In this document: one piece after another, positions 1 through 10,399 of the stretch | Layout: each line of letters opens with the position of its first letter | How positions within the stretch are numbered: the first letter of the stretch is position 1 | IMG/VR virus record: IMGVR_UViG_3300032212_000072 | Span: 1 to 38,019 of that record | Reading direction: 5' to 3' (one strand) | DNA from: a virus | Lineage: Duplodnaviria > Caudoviricetes | DNA length: 38,019 nucleotides | The notes under the pieces: generated by a model | What the model saw: only the letters and a program-made list of their open reading frames with translations | Database searches by the model: none | Told to the model about the DNA's origin: nothing | Made by a program: the position numbers and the translations under genes

Positions 1-127
1 TTGAAAGAAACATCAGGGCTAACTCATCGAAATACGATAACTGGATGCAGTTACAGGACGCTCATGATGGGGTTGCGGTTATGCTTGGCGGAGGTGCTTC
101 GATTAATGACAATATCGAGGATATCCG
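1..127. repeat. Terminal direct repeat, copy 1 (127 bp, identical to 37893-38019); circular assembly overlap
   Basis: Exact identity of both ends. An ORF reads in frame across the junction. Confidence 0.95.
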
Positions 128-1271
128 TGAATTACAGAAAAACGGTGCGACAATCTTTGCCATGAACGCCGCCTCACAATGGGCGCGAGGGCATGGAATT
201 GAGGTTGATTATCAGGTTATTGTCGACGCGAAAGAGGAGACAGCAAGCCTGGTGGACTCTGGCGCGAACGCGCATCTATTTGCATCACAGTGCAACGAAA
301 AGACGCTCGAAAAATCAAAAAACCTTACTCTATGGCACTTGGAACTAGGCAACATAGAGTCATTCTTTCCGCAGGAGAGGGTGAAGAAAGGCGGTTATGT
401 GCTTGTAGGCGGCGGCGCTTCTGTGGGTAACTCTGCATTATGCGTTGCATATACACAGGGATTTCGTGATCTACACGTGTTCGGTTACGATAGCTCGCAT
501 AAGGACGGTCAATCGCACGCCTATTCTCAGCCGATGAATGAATTTATGCCTACCACAGAGGTTAAGTGGGCTGGGCGGACATTTACTGTATCCGTGGCAA
601 TGAAGGCGCAGGCCGAGAAATTTCAGATTACCTCACAAGCATTAAAGCAGGCGGGCTGTACATTCCATATCTACGGTGATGGCCTACTTCAAACCATGTA
701 CAACTCAAAGCCGACTGATTTATCTGAGAAAGATAAGTACCAGCTAATGTGGCAGTTTGATGATTATCGCCAGTGCTCCCCGGGTGAGAATATCGCAGAT
801 TTCTTTATCAGCATGGTTAAACCCGAGGGGCTTATTATTGATTTTGGTTGCGGCACAGGCCGTGCGGGGATTAAGTTTGCACAGCATGGGCTTGAGACGC
901 TGCTGATTGATTTCACAGATAATAGCCGGGATGAAGAGGCGCAATCGCTTCCGTTCTTACAGTGGGACTTAACCCAGCCATGTCCAGCTATGTCGGAGTA
1001 CGGGTTTTGCACAGATGTCATGGAGCATATACCCACCAAGGATGTAGAGACGGTCATTGATAATATTATGGCCGCATCTAAAAACGTGTTTTTCCAAATC
1101 AGCACAGTAGAGGATCATTTCGGCGCGGCTATTGATCATCCGCTACATCTAACTGTAAAGCCGCATGAGTGGTGGAAAGGTCTGCTCTCAAAGTACCGTA
1201 TTGAGTGGGACCAGGATCAGGGCAACGCATCATTATTCTATGTTAAACAACAGGAGCATTCACATGAGTGA
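45..1271 (+). CDS. DUF115/MptE/Maf-like domain fused to class I SAM-dependent methyltransferase (true start at 37784 across the junction, about 459 aa)
   Basis: N-terminal GGGASI...IFAMN...VIVD and GFRDLHVFGYDSS motifs typical of DUF115-like proteins. C-terminal IIDFGCGTGR SAM motif and CTDVMEHI. Confidence 0.75.
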   Translation: MQLQDAHDGVAVMLGGGASINDNIEDIRELQKNGATIFAMNAASQWARGHGIEVDYQVIVDAKEETASLVDSGANAHLFASQCNEKTLEKSKNLTLWHLELGNIESFFPQERVKKGGYVLVGGGASVGNSALCVAYTQGFRDLHVFGYDSSHKDGQSHAYSQPMNEFMPTTEVKWAGRTFTVSVAMKAQAEKFQITSQALKQAGCTFHIYGDGLLQTMYNSKPTDLSEKDKYQLMWQFDDYRQCSPGENIADFFISMVKPEGLIIDFGCGTGRAGIKFAQHGLETLLIDFTDNSRDEEAQSLPFLQWDLTQPCPAMSEYGFCTDVMEHIPTKDVETVIDNIMAASKNVFFQISTVEDHFGAAIDHPLHLTVKPHEWWKGLLSKYRIEWDQDQGNASLFYVKQQEHSHE

Positions 1272-1803
1272 ACCAGCAAACAATGGCATTTTCCCAAAGT
1301 TCTACACTGATACAATTAGGAATCAGTCTAAATCTGATGCAGAAGGCCGCCCCGTTTTTGACGAGGTTGAAATGGTCGAAATTCGCATCGCAGGCGACCC
1401 CAAGAACGTCGTAACGCGAAAAGCCCGCGACCTGGACAAAGAGCGATGGTATGCGCAGTATGAGCAATTTAAGCGACAGGAGAAGCAGGTATCCAGTGGA
1501 ACGCCTATACAGGAGTGGACGCGGATATCCAAAAGCGAGGCCGCGACACTTAAGGCGCTCAACATTCACACGCTCGAAGCATTGGCAGAATTGCCGGAAT
1601 CAGGCTTGCAAAATATCGGCATGGGTGCGCGTGAGATGCAAAAGAAGGCCATCGCATATATTGAAGCCGCCAATGATTCGGGGGCAATTGAAAAGCAGCG
1701 CAAGCTAATCGAGCAGCAGAGCGAGATGATTGATGAGCTAAAGGCTCGAATTGAAGAGCTTGAGGCCAAGAAACCCGGACGCAAGAAACGAGCCGCAGCA
1801 TGA
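1264..1803 (+). CDS. Conserved phage protein of head module (hypothetical)
   Basis: AGGAG RBS before ATG 1264. Overlaps both neighbours. C-terminal coiled coil. Confidence 0.75.
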   Translation: MSEPANNGIFPKFYTDTIRNQSKSDAEGRPVFDEVEMVEIRIAGDPKNVVTRKARDLDKERWYAQYEQFKRQEKQVSSGTPIQEWTRISKSEAATLKALNIHTLEALAELPESGLQNIGMGAREMQKKAIAYIEAANDSGAIEKQRKLIEQQSEMIDELKARIEELEAKKPGRKKRAAA

Positions 1804-2531
1804 GCTTACTCGATATCTGCCAAAATGTAGCAAAAAATATCCCGGTGGCGTCGCCTGTTACTATCGTCGGCAATACCGATCAGGTTGCTACATCGCTATT
1901 GTCAGCGGCCAGCAAGGCAGGCAGGTCCATCGCACGAAAGGTGAACAGCAATGGTGGGTGGTTAATTCTTCACAAAGAGCATACTTTTACCACTGTTAAT
2001 GCACAAAGCGACTACACGTTACCCACTGACTTCGACAGGCTTCTGCAAGACACGCTATGGGATAGGTCAAACTATTGGGAAATGCGCGGCCCGCTGACGC
2101 CCGGCGACTGGCAGATGTACAAATCCTCTGTGCTGGGTAATTCGATCTCTATCCGTAAACGGTTCAGGGTCCGCAATTCGTCAGGCACCAAGGTTTTCAG
2201 CATTGACCCAACGCCAACCAGCGCCGATGACATGGTTTTTGAGTATGTGTCAAAAAACTGGTGTCAATCGTCCGGCGGAACCGGCCAAACGGATTGGGCG
2301 GCGGATACCGACACCGGCATTATTGATGAATACTTGATTGAATTAGACACATTATGGCGCGTGTTGAAACGTCTTGGCATGTCTTATGCAGAGGAAAAGG
2401 ACGAAGCAGAGCGAGAAATAGCGCAATCACTCGCCTCTGATGGCGGCTCAGGCCGGGTAAGCCTAAACGGTACAAGAGGCGTTCACTTACTTGATACGCG
2501 CAATGTCCCAGACACAGGGCTCGGCACATGA
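1800..2531 (+). CDS. Head-tail adaptor / tail tubular protein A-like
   Basis: 243 aa, YTLPTDF motif, position immediately before the nozzle-like gene, ATGA coupling. Confidence 0.7.
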   Translation: MSLLDICQNVAKNIPVASPVTIVGNTDQVATSLLSAASKAGRSIARKVNSNGGWLILHKEHTFTTVNAQSDYTLPTDFDRLLQDTLWDRSNYWEMRGPLTPGDWQMYKSSVLGNSISIRKRFRVRNSSGTKVFSIDPTPTSADDMVFEYVSKNWCQSSGGTGQTDWAADTDTGIIDEYLIELDTLWRVLKRLGMSYAEEKDEAEREIAQSLASDGGSGRVSLNGTRGVHLLDTRNVPDTGLGT

Positions 2532-4036
2532 TCAACCAGTCTCTGCTTAGGCAATCACGATATCAGCCCAAATCACGGGCCATCTCTGTGCCTGCCCCTG
2601 TGGGCGGCTGGAATACGCGTGATGCGCTTGCGGATATGCCCGAGGACGATGCGGTTAATTTAGATAACTGGTTCCCTACGGTTGGAAAATGTGAGGTTAG
2701 GCCAGGCTACGCAGAGCACGCGACAGGAATAGGATCGGGGGATGTTGAATCCCTTTTTGAATTTCACGCTGAAGGCAATCAAAAGCTGATTGCGTGCGGC
2801 AATGGCAATATCTATGACGCGACCAGCTTGGGTGCGGCCTCTTCGCTTGGCTCTGGCTTTACAGAGGATAAGTGGCAGGGGGTGAACTTCTCCGGGTATA
2901 TTCATTTAGTCAATGGTGCTGATACAGGGCAGTTATACGACGGCACAACCCTTGCTGATATGACCTGGACAGGCTCGGGATTTACCTTGGCAAATATGGA
3001 CGGCATACAGTCCCACAAGCACCGTTTGTATCTATGGGATACAAGTACGCAGGACTTCTGGTACGGCGGCGTAGACGGGATTACAGGCACGATGACCAAG
3101 TTTCCATTAAGCCGTGTTACTCAACTTGGCGGTAATTTAATCGCGATGGTGTCATGGTCGCTGGATAATGGCGCCGGCATTGATGACCTTGCTGCGTTTG
3201 TCATGTCATCGGGGCAGATTGTTGTTTATTCAGGGGCAGACCCAGGCGATGCCGCAGACTGGTCACTGGTCGGCGTTTTTAATATCGGCGAACCCATGAA
3301 TAAACGCGGATTTGTCAGCACGGCAGGCGATGCTGTGATCACAACAACCAGCGACTATGTATCAATGTCTGAGGTCTTGAGAGATGGTCAGATAGGCACC
3401 GCATCAAAACTTAGCGGGGCAGTTATGGACGCCTCTGCGAATAAATCACTTGATGGCTGGCAATCAGTCCTATGGAAGCGCGGACACATGATTGTATTCA
3501 ATGTCCCAAACAGTGACGCTACGTACGATCAACATGTCATTAATACGATCACAGGCGCGGCGACCCGCTTTAAGGATATCCCGGCGAGGTGTTGGAGCGT
3601 ATTTGATACCGACCTTTATTTCGGCTCAGGCGACGGAAATGTCTATAAAATTACCGGCGCAGACGATGGAGGCACCGATATTCAAGCCAATGCTGAGCAA
3701 GCATGGAATGACTTTAACACCCCACAAACCAAGCGGTTATGCGCTCATCGACCTATACTGGAAACGCAAGGCGATATTAGCTACGAGATTGGGACCGGTT
3801 TTGATTTTCGTCGCGCACTAACCCCAGCGGCTACGGCTACGGTGGGCAGCGGATCAGAATGGGATGCCGCAGAGTGGGATGTCGCGCCCTGGTCGGCAGA
3901 GAACCAAGTCGATGTTAACTGGAGAATAGCGGCGGGAGTAGGTCAGAATCTATCTACTCGATTACGTGTTTCGGCACAACAGGCGATAGCATGGCTGAGA
4001 ACGGACTACAGGATAGAGGTCGGCACGAACCTGTAA
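2528..4036 (+). CDS. Tail nozzle / DNA stabilisation protein (P22 gp10 / tubular protein B-like)
   Basis: 502 aa beta-rich protein, PAPVGGWN N-terminal motif, podovirus synteny. Confidence 0.75.
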   Translation: MINQSLLRQSRYQPKSRAISVPAPVGGWNTRDALADMPEDDAVNLDNWFPTVGKCEVRPGYAEHATGIGSGDVESLFEFHAEGNQKLIACGNGNIYDATSLGAASSLGSGFTEDKWQGVNFSGYIHLVNGADTGQLYDGTTLADMTWTGSGFTLANMDGIQSHKHRLYLWDTSTQDFWYGGVDGITGTMTKFPLSRVTQLGGNLIAMVSWSLDNGAGIDDLAAFVMSSGQIVVYSGADPGDAADWSLVGVFNIGEPMNKRGFVSTAGDAVITTTSDYVSMSEVLRDGQIGTASKLSGAVMDASANKSLDGWQSVLWKRGHMIVFNVPNSDATYDQHVINTITGAATRFKDIPARCWSVFDTDLYFGSGDGNVYKITGADDGGTDIQANAEQAWNDFNTPQTKRLCAHRPILETQGDISYEIGTGFDFRRALTPAATATVGSGSEWDAAEWDVAPWSAENQVDVNWRIAAGVGQNLSTRLRVSAQQAIAWLRTDYRIEVGTNL

Positions 4037-4449
4037 CGGTTGTTTATGGGTGTGATCGAGAGGTCGCACACTGGGTAGGCCGCGAATTGCATGAGGAGTT
4101 TACTGATTGCAGGGCTATCGGATTCGCCAGAAATGGCGCATTAATCGGCGGAGTGGTGTATCATAACTACAGAGAGCCGAGTATTGAGATGAGTATTGCC
4201 ACTACCGACCCAAAGTGGTGTACTAGAAGTATTTTAAAACAATGTTTTACTTACCCTTTTAAGCAATTGGGGGTAAAAAGAATTACGACATTGGTTGACG
4301 CTGAGAACCAGCCCGTGAGGGCATTCAATGAGCGATTAGGCTTCATACATGAGGCGACATTGAAAGACGCACTCCATGACGGAGACGCAGCATTATACAG
4401 AATGCTGCCCGACGAGTGCCGATGGTTAGCGAGGAATACACATGGGTAA
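3991..4449 (+). CDS. GNAT-family acetyltransferase-like virion assembly protein
   Basis: N-x-P-V-R-A-F-N-E-R-L-G-F GNAT motif. Typical position between nozzle and ejection genes. Start uncertain. Confidence 0.75.
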   Translation: MAENGLQDRGRHEPVTVVYGCDREVAHWVGRELHEEFTDCRAIGFARNGALIGGVVYHNYREPSIEMSIATTDPKWCTRSILKQCFTYPFKQLGVKRITTLVDAENQPVRAFNERLGFIHEATLKDALHDGDAALYRMLPDECRWLARNTHG

Positions 4450-5296
4450 AGGTTCATCAAGAGCGCCAGATCCGCCAGATCCGGCAGCAACCGCACAAGC
4501 ACAAGCAGCCGCCAACAAAGAAGCCGTACTTGAGTCAGCGCGAGTCAACCAGTTTCGCCAGATTACCCCATACGGCACGCTCGAATACACCGGGGAGATT
4601 GGCGAACCAAGCCGAACTCGAACCACCACACTAGCCCCCTCACAGCAGCAACAGCTTGAGCAACAGAACCAGCTCGCCGAAGCGCTAGGCGGTTTTGCGC
4701 TTGGTCGCAGCGAGCAGATACCACAAACCCAATTTAGCCTTGAAGACCTTCCGGGTGTTCGTCAAGACTTCAGCGATGATGCCAGACGCGTAGAGCAAGC
4801 AACCTATGACCGAACTGTTAACCTTTTAGAACCACAGTTTGAACGCCAAGAGCGCAGGCTTGAAACCAATCTGGCTAACCGTGGAATACCGATTGGCGGT
4901 GAAGCATACGGCGACGTTCGAGATCAATTCGAGACCGGGCGTGATGAAGCCCTTTTGTCTGCGGCTAATGCGGCGGTACAGGCTGGCAGGGGCGAGCAGT
5001 CACGGCTTTATGGCCTAGAGTCGGCTGATAGAGCCAGGGCCCTTAATGAACGCCTCCTGGAGCGCTCACAGCCGATTAACGAACTTGCAGCCATCTTGCA
5101 GGGCTCACCTGCGACAGGAACGCCCCAGTTTGGAACAGCGGCTCAATACCAGATTTCACCCGGCGACGTTCAGGGGGCGACTAATTTAGCGTATCAAGGA
5201 CAATTAAATCAATTTAATCAGGCAAATGCTAACCGCCAGGCGGGGCTGGGTGGATTGTTCCAGCTTGGCTCTGCGGCGCTTCCATTTTTCTTTTGA
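4442..5296 (+). CDS. Internal virion / DNA ejection protein 1
   Basis: MGKGSS-APDPPDP N-terminus, Gln/Ala-rich helical composition, synteny. Confidence 0.65.
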   Translation: MGKGSSRAPDPPDPAATAQAQAAANKEAVLESARVNQFRQITPYGTLEYTGEIGEPSRTRTTTLAPSQQQQLEQQNQLAEALGGFALGRSEQIPQTQFSLEDLPGVRQDFSDDARRVEQATYDRTVNLLEPQFERQERRLETNLANRGIPIGGEAYGDVRDQFETGRDEALLSAANAAVQAGRGEQSRLYGLESADRARALNERLLERSQPINELAAILQGSPATGTPQFGTAAQYQISPGDVQGATNLAYQGQLNQFNQANANRQAGLGGLFQLGSAALPFFF

Positions 5297-5305
5297 GGCT
5301 GAATT

Positions 5306-6529
5306 ATGACACCGACATTCATCCAAAAAGACCCCTCTATTCAGCGTAGGCAAAGGCTAGCTGATGCAATGACGCAGCAAGCAAGCCAGTATCGCCCTAT
5401 TCAACATCCTTTGCAGGGCGTTGGACAGCTTGCGCAGGCGTTATCAGGCGCATATCAGCAGCGCGGTATTGATAGAGATATCACAGAACGCACAGGCGCA
5501 TATAACAAGACTATCGCTGACGCGCTCGAGGCGTATGGCGGCACTCCTGCCACAACAGCCCCATTTGTGCCTGACACGTTCGATGAATCAGATGTATTGC
5601 CTGCTGGGCTGGAAACAGAGGTTCCCGCTCAGCCTGGTGGCATGGACGAGCTTGCCCGTGTTTTAGCTCAGAATCCTGATACGTCCGGCCTGGCTTTGGA
5701 TTTCAAACTGAAGGGTATTGAAGCCGACAGAGCTGAAAGGCTTGCGGGGCAGAAATACCAGCGAGCACGAGAAGATAAGCGCGCCGATTTACTATTTTCT
5801 GACGAATTGGCGCGAGGTCGAGATGCCGATAAGATCGCCGCAAAGGCGCAGACGCCGGGCGCTGATATTGTGCAGTCTTCTGATATCCTGCCTGATGGCA
5901 CCGTTGTTCAGGTGTTCAAAAGCGGGGAAGTTAAGACCGTCACCCAAGAAGAGGATAATGTACAAAAGATTAAGGACGCGAGACGATACGGCGCGGAGAT
6001 TCAAGGTGTTCGATCTGGCGAACGAACCGCCGCCTCGGAAGGCCAGAAACAGTCCGTTAAGGCATTTACTGGGTTGGTTAAGGCGAGAACCAATATCGCA
6101 AATATTGATAAAGCTATCGAGGCCATCGATCAAGGGGCAAGTACTGGATTTATTCAGTCCATGCTGCCTTCGGTTCAAGAAGCCTCCATTAAGCTTGATA
6201 ATCTACAGAACAGTCTCGGCCTCGATGTGATTGGCAATGTTACGTTTGGCGCACTTTCTAAGGGGGAACTGGACTTAGCCCTATCTACTGCCCTTCCTAC
6301 ATCTCTTGAGCCGGAAGCGTTAAGGCGCTGGCTGGTTGATAAGCGTACCGCACAGGCTAAGCTGGCTGATTACTTGCAAGAAACCGCCGTATACCTTGGG
6401 ACTCCTGGCAATAGCATCGCCAAATTCCTACAGGAAAAGAAAATCGCCACGGGCGGTGATACACCGCTAACCCCTGAAGAAAAAGCAGAGCTTGAGGAAT
6501 TACGTATACTGAAGCGAGAACGGCAATGA
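5306..6529 (+). CDS. Internal virion / DNA ejection protein 2
   Basis: 407 aa helical Ala/Gln-rich protein in the ejection cluster. Confidence 0.6.
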   Translation: MTPTFIQKDPSIQRRQRLADAMTQQASQYRPIQHPLQGVGQLAQALSGAYQQRGIDRDITERTGAYNKTIADALEAYGGTPATTAPFVPDTFDESDVLPAGLETEVPAQPGGMDELARVLAQNPDTSGLALDFKLKGIEADRAERLAGQKYQRAREDKRADLLFSDELARGRDADKIAAKAQTPGADIVQSSDILPDGTVVQVFKSGEVKTVTQEEDNVQKIKDARRYGAEIQGVRSGERTAASEGQKQSVKAFTGLVKARTNIANIDKAIEAIDQGASTGFIQSMLPSVQEASIKLDNLQNSLGLDVIGNVTFGALSKGELDLALSTALPTSLEPEALRRWLVDKRTAQAKLADYLQETAVYLGTPGNSIAKFLQEKKIATGGDTPLTPEEKAELEELRILKRERQ

Positions 6530-8466
6530 ATGAACGTGAGGAGCTTGAGGCTCTACGGGCGCAATTAGGCAGGCAAAAACCCGCGCAAAATGAACGGGCG
6601 GAGGTTGAGGCGTTACGTGCCGAGCAGCCACCCATCAGCGAGGCTCGAAGAAGTGGCCCGACTGAGGGAGCTATTCGTCAGTTCGGCCAAGGCGCATCTT
6701 TTGGATTTTCTGACGAGGCAGGCGCACTTGCTGACACGCTATTAGAGAAAAGCCTACCCGGTTTCGGGAGAACCCCTTTTGGCGAGCTTTATGATCAAAA
6801 TCTAGCGTTTAGGGCACAGGAGCGCGAACAGTTTTCAGAGGATTACCCAAAAACCGCGATTGGCGCAGAAGTCCTTGGCGGATTAACCACAGGTATAGCT
6901 GGTGGCGCAAAACTCGGGGCGACAAAGGCTGGCGCAGCCTTTACCGGGCTATCCAAGCCCGCACAATTCGCGACTGCTGGCGGCGCTACTGGTGCTGCTT
7001 ATGGCGCAGGAACAGCAAAGCCTGGCGAGCGATTAGAAAGTGGCGCAACAAGCGGAGTTATTGGCGGGGTGTTAGGGCTCGGATTGCCGGTTGTTGGGGG
7101 GATTGCAAAACGAGGCGCAGAAAAAATAACGCACCCTGTAATAGATGCTCTATCAAAAACATTCAGATCTCCCAAAACACAGGCTATTAAGGCAATAAGG
7201 CGTGAGCTTGAGCGTGGCAATATTACGCGAGAGCAGGCGCAGCGAGAAATATCAAAGCTAGGGGATGAGGCGATTGCAGCAGAATCACTTGGTGAAGGCG
7301 GTATGGATTTACTTGACCAGGTGGTGAACACTCCCGGCAAGTCTGCACAGGTGGCAAAAAGTGTATTATCTGCCCGAAACCGCCAAGGCGGCCAGCAAAA
7401 CCGATTAATTAAGGAGTTATCCGATCTTACAGGTGCCGACGCTGATTTTCTTGATAATTACACTGCATTAGAGCAGGTACGCAGAGAGGCCGCAGAGGCG
7501 CTATACGCTCCGATCAGGGGCAAAGAGGTTCCGCTGACTAAAGGTCTTAAATCCATACTCGCGACGCGATCAGGGAAAAAAGCATGGAAAGAGGCGCAGA
7601 ACATCGCCGCCGATGAGATTGATGGCAAGCCTTTGCCTCGGTTGTTACGTGTTGAGGATGGCAAAGAGATTATAGATGAGGGCGTGATTCCTGATGTCCG
7701 TGCGTGGGATCACATGAAGCGTGGTTTTGATACTGTGATTGAAAAAGGCACGGACCCAGTTACAGGAAAGATGAACAGTGCGGCGTATAGGGCGTTACAG
7801 CTTAAAAACAAGCTCGTCTCTGAATTAGACGAGATGGTCCCCGAGTATAAAGCGGCTCGTCAGCAATACGCGGGTGACTCGGCCAACATCTCAGCATTAA
7901 GGCAGGGTAAGCGCGTTTTACGTGATGATGCAGAAATTACAGCTCGTGACGTTGCCCGGATGAGTGATTCTGAGAAAGAGGCTTATGTGGTCGGAGCCAC
8001 GAAGGCTATTAAAGACAAGATACTGGCAGCAGGCGAGGGCGCCACCCCATTACGATTGACTGGGTTGCTCAAGGAGCGGTTAAAGCCGGCGTTTAAATCT
8101 GATGCTGATTTTAATCGGTTTATTGTGGCTGCGCGTCGTGAATCAATGTTTAAGGGTACAGAAAACCGGATGCTTGGCTCTCAGACATTCCGCCGGGGGG
8201 CAAGAGAGGCGATGGACGCCATCCCATCAAGCAGGGCGGATTTGGTGATGGGTACAATGCGAGAAGTTTTATCCCCAGATATGGCTGAGCCGGTCAGGGA
8301 TGAGATTGGTCGCATGCTGTTAACACAGGGTGATGATGCGCAGCGCATGCTAGCAAAGCTATTAATGCCTAAATCTCAAGGGGTTTCTATCCCGAAGATG
8401 ACCGTCCCGACTGGTGGTTTTATGCTGGGCCAGGGTGTTGGTACGGGGGTAAATAGGCTCAAGTAA
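6526..8466 (+). CDS. Large internal virion / DNA ejection protein 3
   Basis: GQGASFGFSDE motif and Gly/Ala-rich membrane-like segment. Last and largest gene of the ejection cluster. Confidence 0.65.
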   Translation: MNEREELEALRAQLGRQKPAQNERAEVEALRAEQPPISEARRSGPTEGAIRQFGQGASFGFSDEAGALADTLLEKSLPGFGRTPFGELYDQNLAFRAQEREQFSEDYPKTAIGAEVLGGLTTGIAGGAKLGATKAGAAFTGLSKPAQFATAGGATGAAYGAGTAKPGERLESGATSGVIGGVLGLGLPVVGGIAKRGAEKITHPVIDALSKTFRSPKTQAIKAIRRELERGNITREQAQREISKLGDEAIAAESLGEGGMDLLDQVVNTPGKSAQVAKSVLSARNRQGGQQNRLIKELSDLTGADADFLDNYTALEQVRREAAEALYAPIRGKEVPLTKGLKSILATRSGKKAWKEAQNIAADEIDGKPLPRLLRVEDGKEIIDEGVIPDVRAWDHMKRGFDTVIEKGTDPVTGKMNSAAYRALQLKNKLVSELDEMVPEYKAARQQYAGDSANISALRQGKRVLRDDAEITARDVARMSDSEKEAYVVGATKAIKDKILAAGEGATPLRLTGLLKERLKPAFKSDADFNRFIVAARRESMFKGTENRMLGSQTFRRGAREAMDAIPSSRADLVMGTMREVLSPDMAEPVRDEIGRMLLTQGDDAQRMLAKLLMPKSQGVSIPKMTVPTGGFMLGQGVGTGVNRLK

Positions 8467-8647
8467 GATCGAGCCAATGCCCGTATTTTAGGCGGTATCC
8501 AATATATATCAGTAGGATTCCGCACAATACGCCAAAAGCGTATCCGATACCAAAAGCACTAAAGGAATAAAGGAAGCCCCCTGCTAGCAGCAGGAATATA
8601 GTAGCGGTAATGATTGGTTTTAGTGTGTTCATATTAACAATATACAC
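8459..8647 (-). CDS. Small two-TM membrane protein (moron-like; possible superinfection exclusion)
   Basis: Opposite strand within the late operon, AT-rich, two hydrophobic helices. Confidence 0.55.
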   Translation of the reverse strand: MYIVNMNTLKPIITATIFLLLAGGFLYSFSAFGIGYAFGVLCGILLIYIGYRLKYGHWLDLT

Positions 8648-8715
8648 GTTTTAACCTTTTCATGCAGATTCGGCGGGTGTTTTGTTATATTTAATGAATA
8701 ACAGAGGTTTATATT

Positions 8716-9723
8716 ATGGCTTTTAACGGTTCCGGGCTTTTTTCACGCCTTTATAATTGGGCGGCTGACCGTGACGCGTCTATTAAAATCACGGCATCCC
8801 GAATGGATGCAGAAATGGACGGCATGGCGACCGGCCTGTCTACCTGTATCGCTAAGGACGGGCAGACCACTGTAACCGCTAATCTTCCGATGGCGACTTA
8901 CAAACATACGGGCGTCGGTGCAGCCAATGCCCGCACAGATTATGCGGATACAGCCTCAGTTCAAGATGATTCGTTTAACTATATCACCGAAACGGGCGCG
9001 GCGGATGCGTACGTTATCTCTCCATCCCCAGCTATTACAGCTTATGCAGCAGGGCAAAGGTTCACGTTTATAGCAACCAATGCTAGCACCGGAGCTTCTA
9101 CACTGAATGTCAGTGGACTTGGCGTAAAGTCTATCGTTAAGAACGTCTCCGCTGCGCTGGCAGCGGGTGATATTGCGGCTAATGCAATTGTGTCGGTTAT
9201 TTATGACGGCACTAATTTCCAATTGCTTTCATTAACTATCGTTAACCTTTCCGGATACCTGCAAACGTCTGATATTGGCGTAACGGTACAAGCCTATGAC
9301 GCTGACACCACTAAAAACGATGTAGCGAATACTTTTACTCAAACAAATACTTTCACCCCCGCGCAGACATTCTCCGCGTCAAATACCTATTCAAATCAGC
9401 AGTATTTCGCAGAGGCCACGTTAACGGATGGAGCAAATATCTCGTGGAATTTAAACACAGCGCAAGAGGCAAAAGTTACCCTTGATGGCAACAGAACACT
9501 CGACAATCCCACTAATCAGGTCGCAGGCGCATGGTATAACCTTCGCGTAATCCAAGATGCTGTCACAGGTAGCCGGACGCTCTCTTATGGCACGGCCTAT
9601 AACTTTGGCGACTTAGGCGCTCCGACGCTATCAACAGCGACAAGCGCAGAAGACGTACTGTCTTTTAGAAGTAACGGAACAGACATGCAGTACATGGGCG
9701 CGTCTACTGGAGTTCACGCGTAA
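8716..9723 (+). CDS. Tail fibre/spike protein
   Basis: GAGG RBS. MAFNGSG N-terminal anchor-like domain, Thr/Ala-rich beta composition. Confidence 0.7.
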   Translation: MAFNGSGLFSRLYNWAADRDASIKITASRMDAEMDGMATGLSTCIAKDGQTTVTANLPMATYKHTGVGAANARTDYADTASVQDDSFNYITETGAADAYVISPSPAITAYAAGQRFTFIATNASTGASTLNVSGLGVKSIVKNVSAALAAGDIAANAIVSVIYDGTNFQLLSLTIVNLSGYLQTSDIGVTVQAYDADTTKNDVANTFTQTNTFTPAQTFSASNTYSNQQYFAEATLTDGANISWNLNTAQEAKVTLDGNRTLDNPTNQVAGAWYNLRVIQDAVTGSRTLSYGTAYNFGDLGAPTLSTATSAEDVLSFRSNGTDMQYMGASTGVHA

Positions 9724-10388
9724 TGTTAAACCAGGGGGTTTTAAATAGCATACTTACTGAACAGGCGTACGTAACAAATTCTACACAAACGCCAGATCAA
9801 TCCACCTATACATTTTCATCACAATCAATCGGGGTGGCAGATAGCTTTAGACACGTAATTGTGGGGGTTGGTTTTTACGACGGGACCAACAGTATGTCGG
9901 ACGGAGACGGTCCAGCAAGCGTTACAGTAGGTGGTGTTAGCGCAACGCTGATAAATCAAGAGTCTGTTGGCTCTGGAAGTGAGCGTTTCGGTGCTAGCTT
10001 ATGGCGAGCGCATGTCCCTACAGGAACCACGGCGGATGTAGTGGTTGTTTTGCCCGAGACGGTTTCTGGGTGCAATGTTGGCATACACAGGCTTATACAC
10101 GCAAGCGGAGCACCTAGAGATTCCGACGCCGTTAGAGTGAGCACAACAACTGCTACAACAAAAAGTTTCTCTGCAAGTAAGGCCGGTATTGGTTACGCAA
10201 TATTACGCGAAGATGGCGCTGCGGCAAGTTCAACCTGGGGCGGAACCGCATCGCCTACGGAAGAGTACGACGATACACCATTGGGATTTAATATGTTTAC
10301 GTCTGCAAGCTTCACAGATGCCGGGACGGTTCAGGTTTCTGGCACAGGGATTGATCATATATCACTGGTTGCAGCGGTTTGGAGTTAA
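9723..10388 (+). CDS. Tail fibre-associated / receptor-binding domain protein
   Basis: TAATG-coupled to the fibre gene, beta-rich Ser/Thr/Gly composition. Confidence 0.55.
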   Translation: MLNQGVLNSILTEQAYVTNSTQTPDQSTYTFSSQSIGVADSFRHVIVGVGFYDGTNSMSDGDGPASVTVGGVSATLINQESVGSGSERFGASLWRAHVPTGTTADVVVVLPETVSGCNVGIHRLIHASGAPRDSDAVRVSTTTATTKSFSASKAGIGYAILREDGAAASSTWGGTASPTEEYDDTPLGFNMFTSASFTDAGTVQVSGTGIDHISLVAAVWS

Positions 10389-10399
10389 GGAGATAAGCT

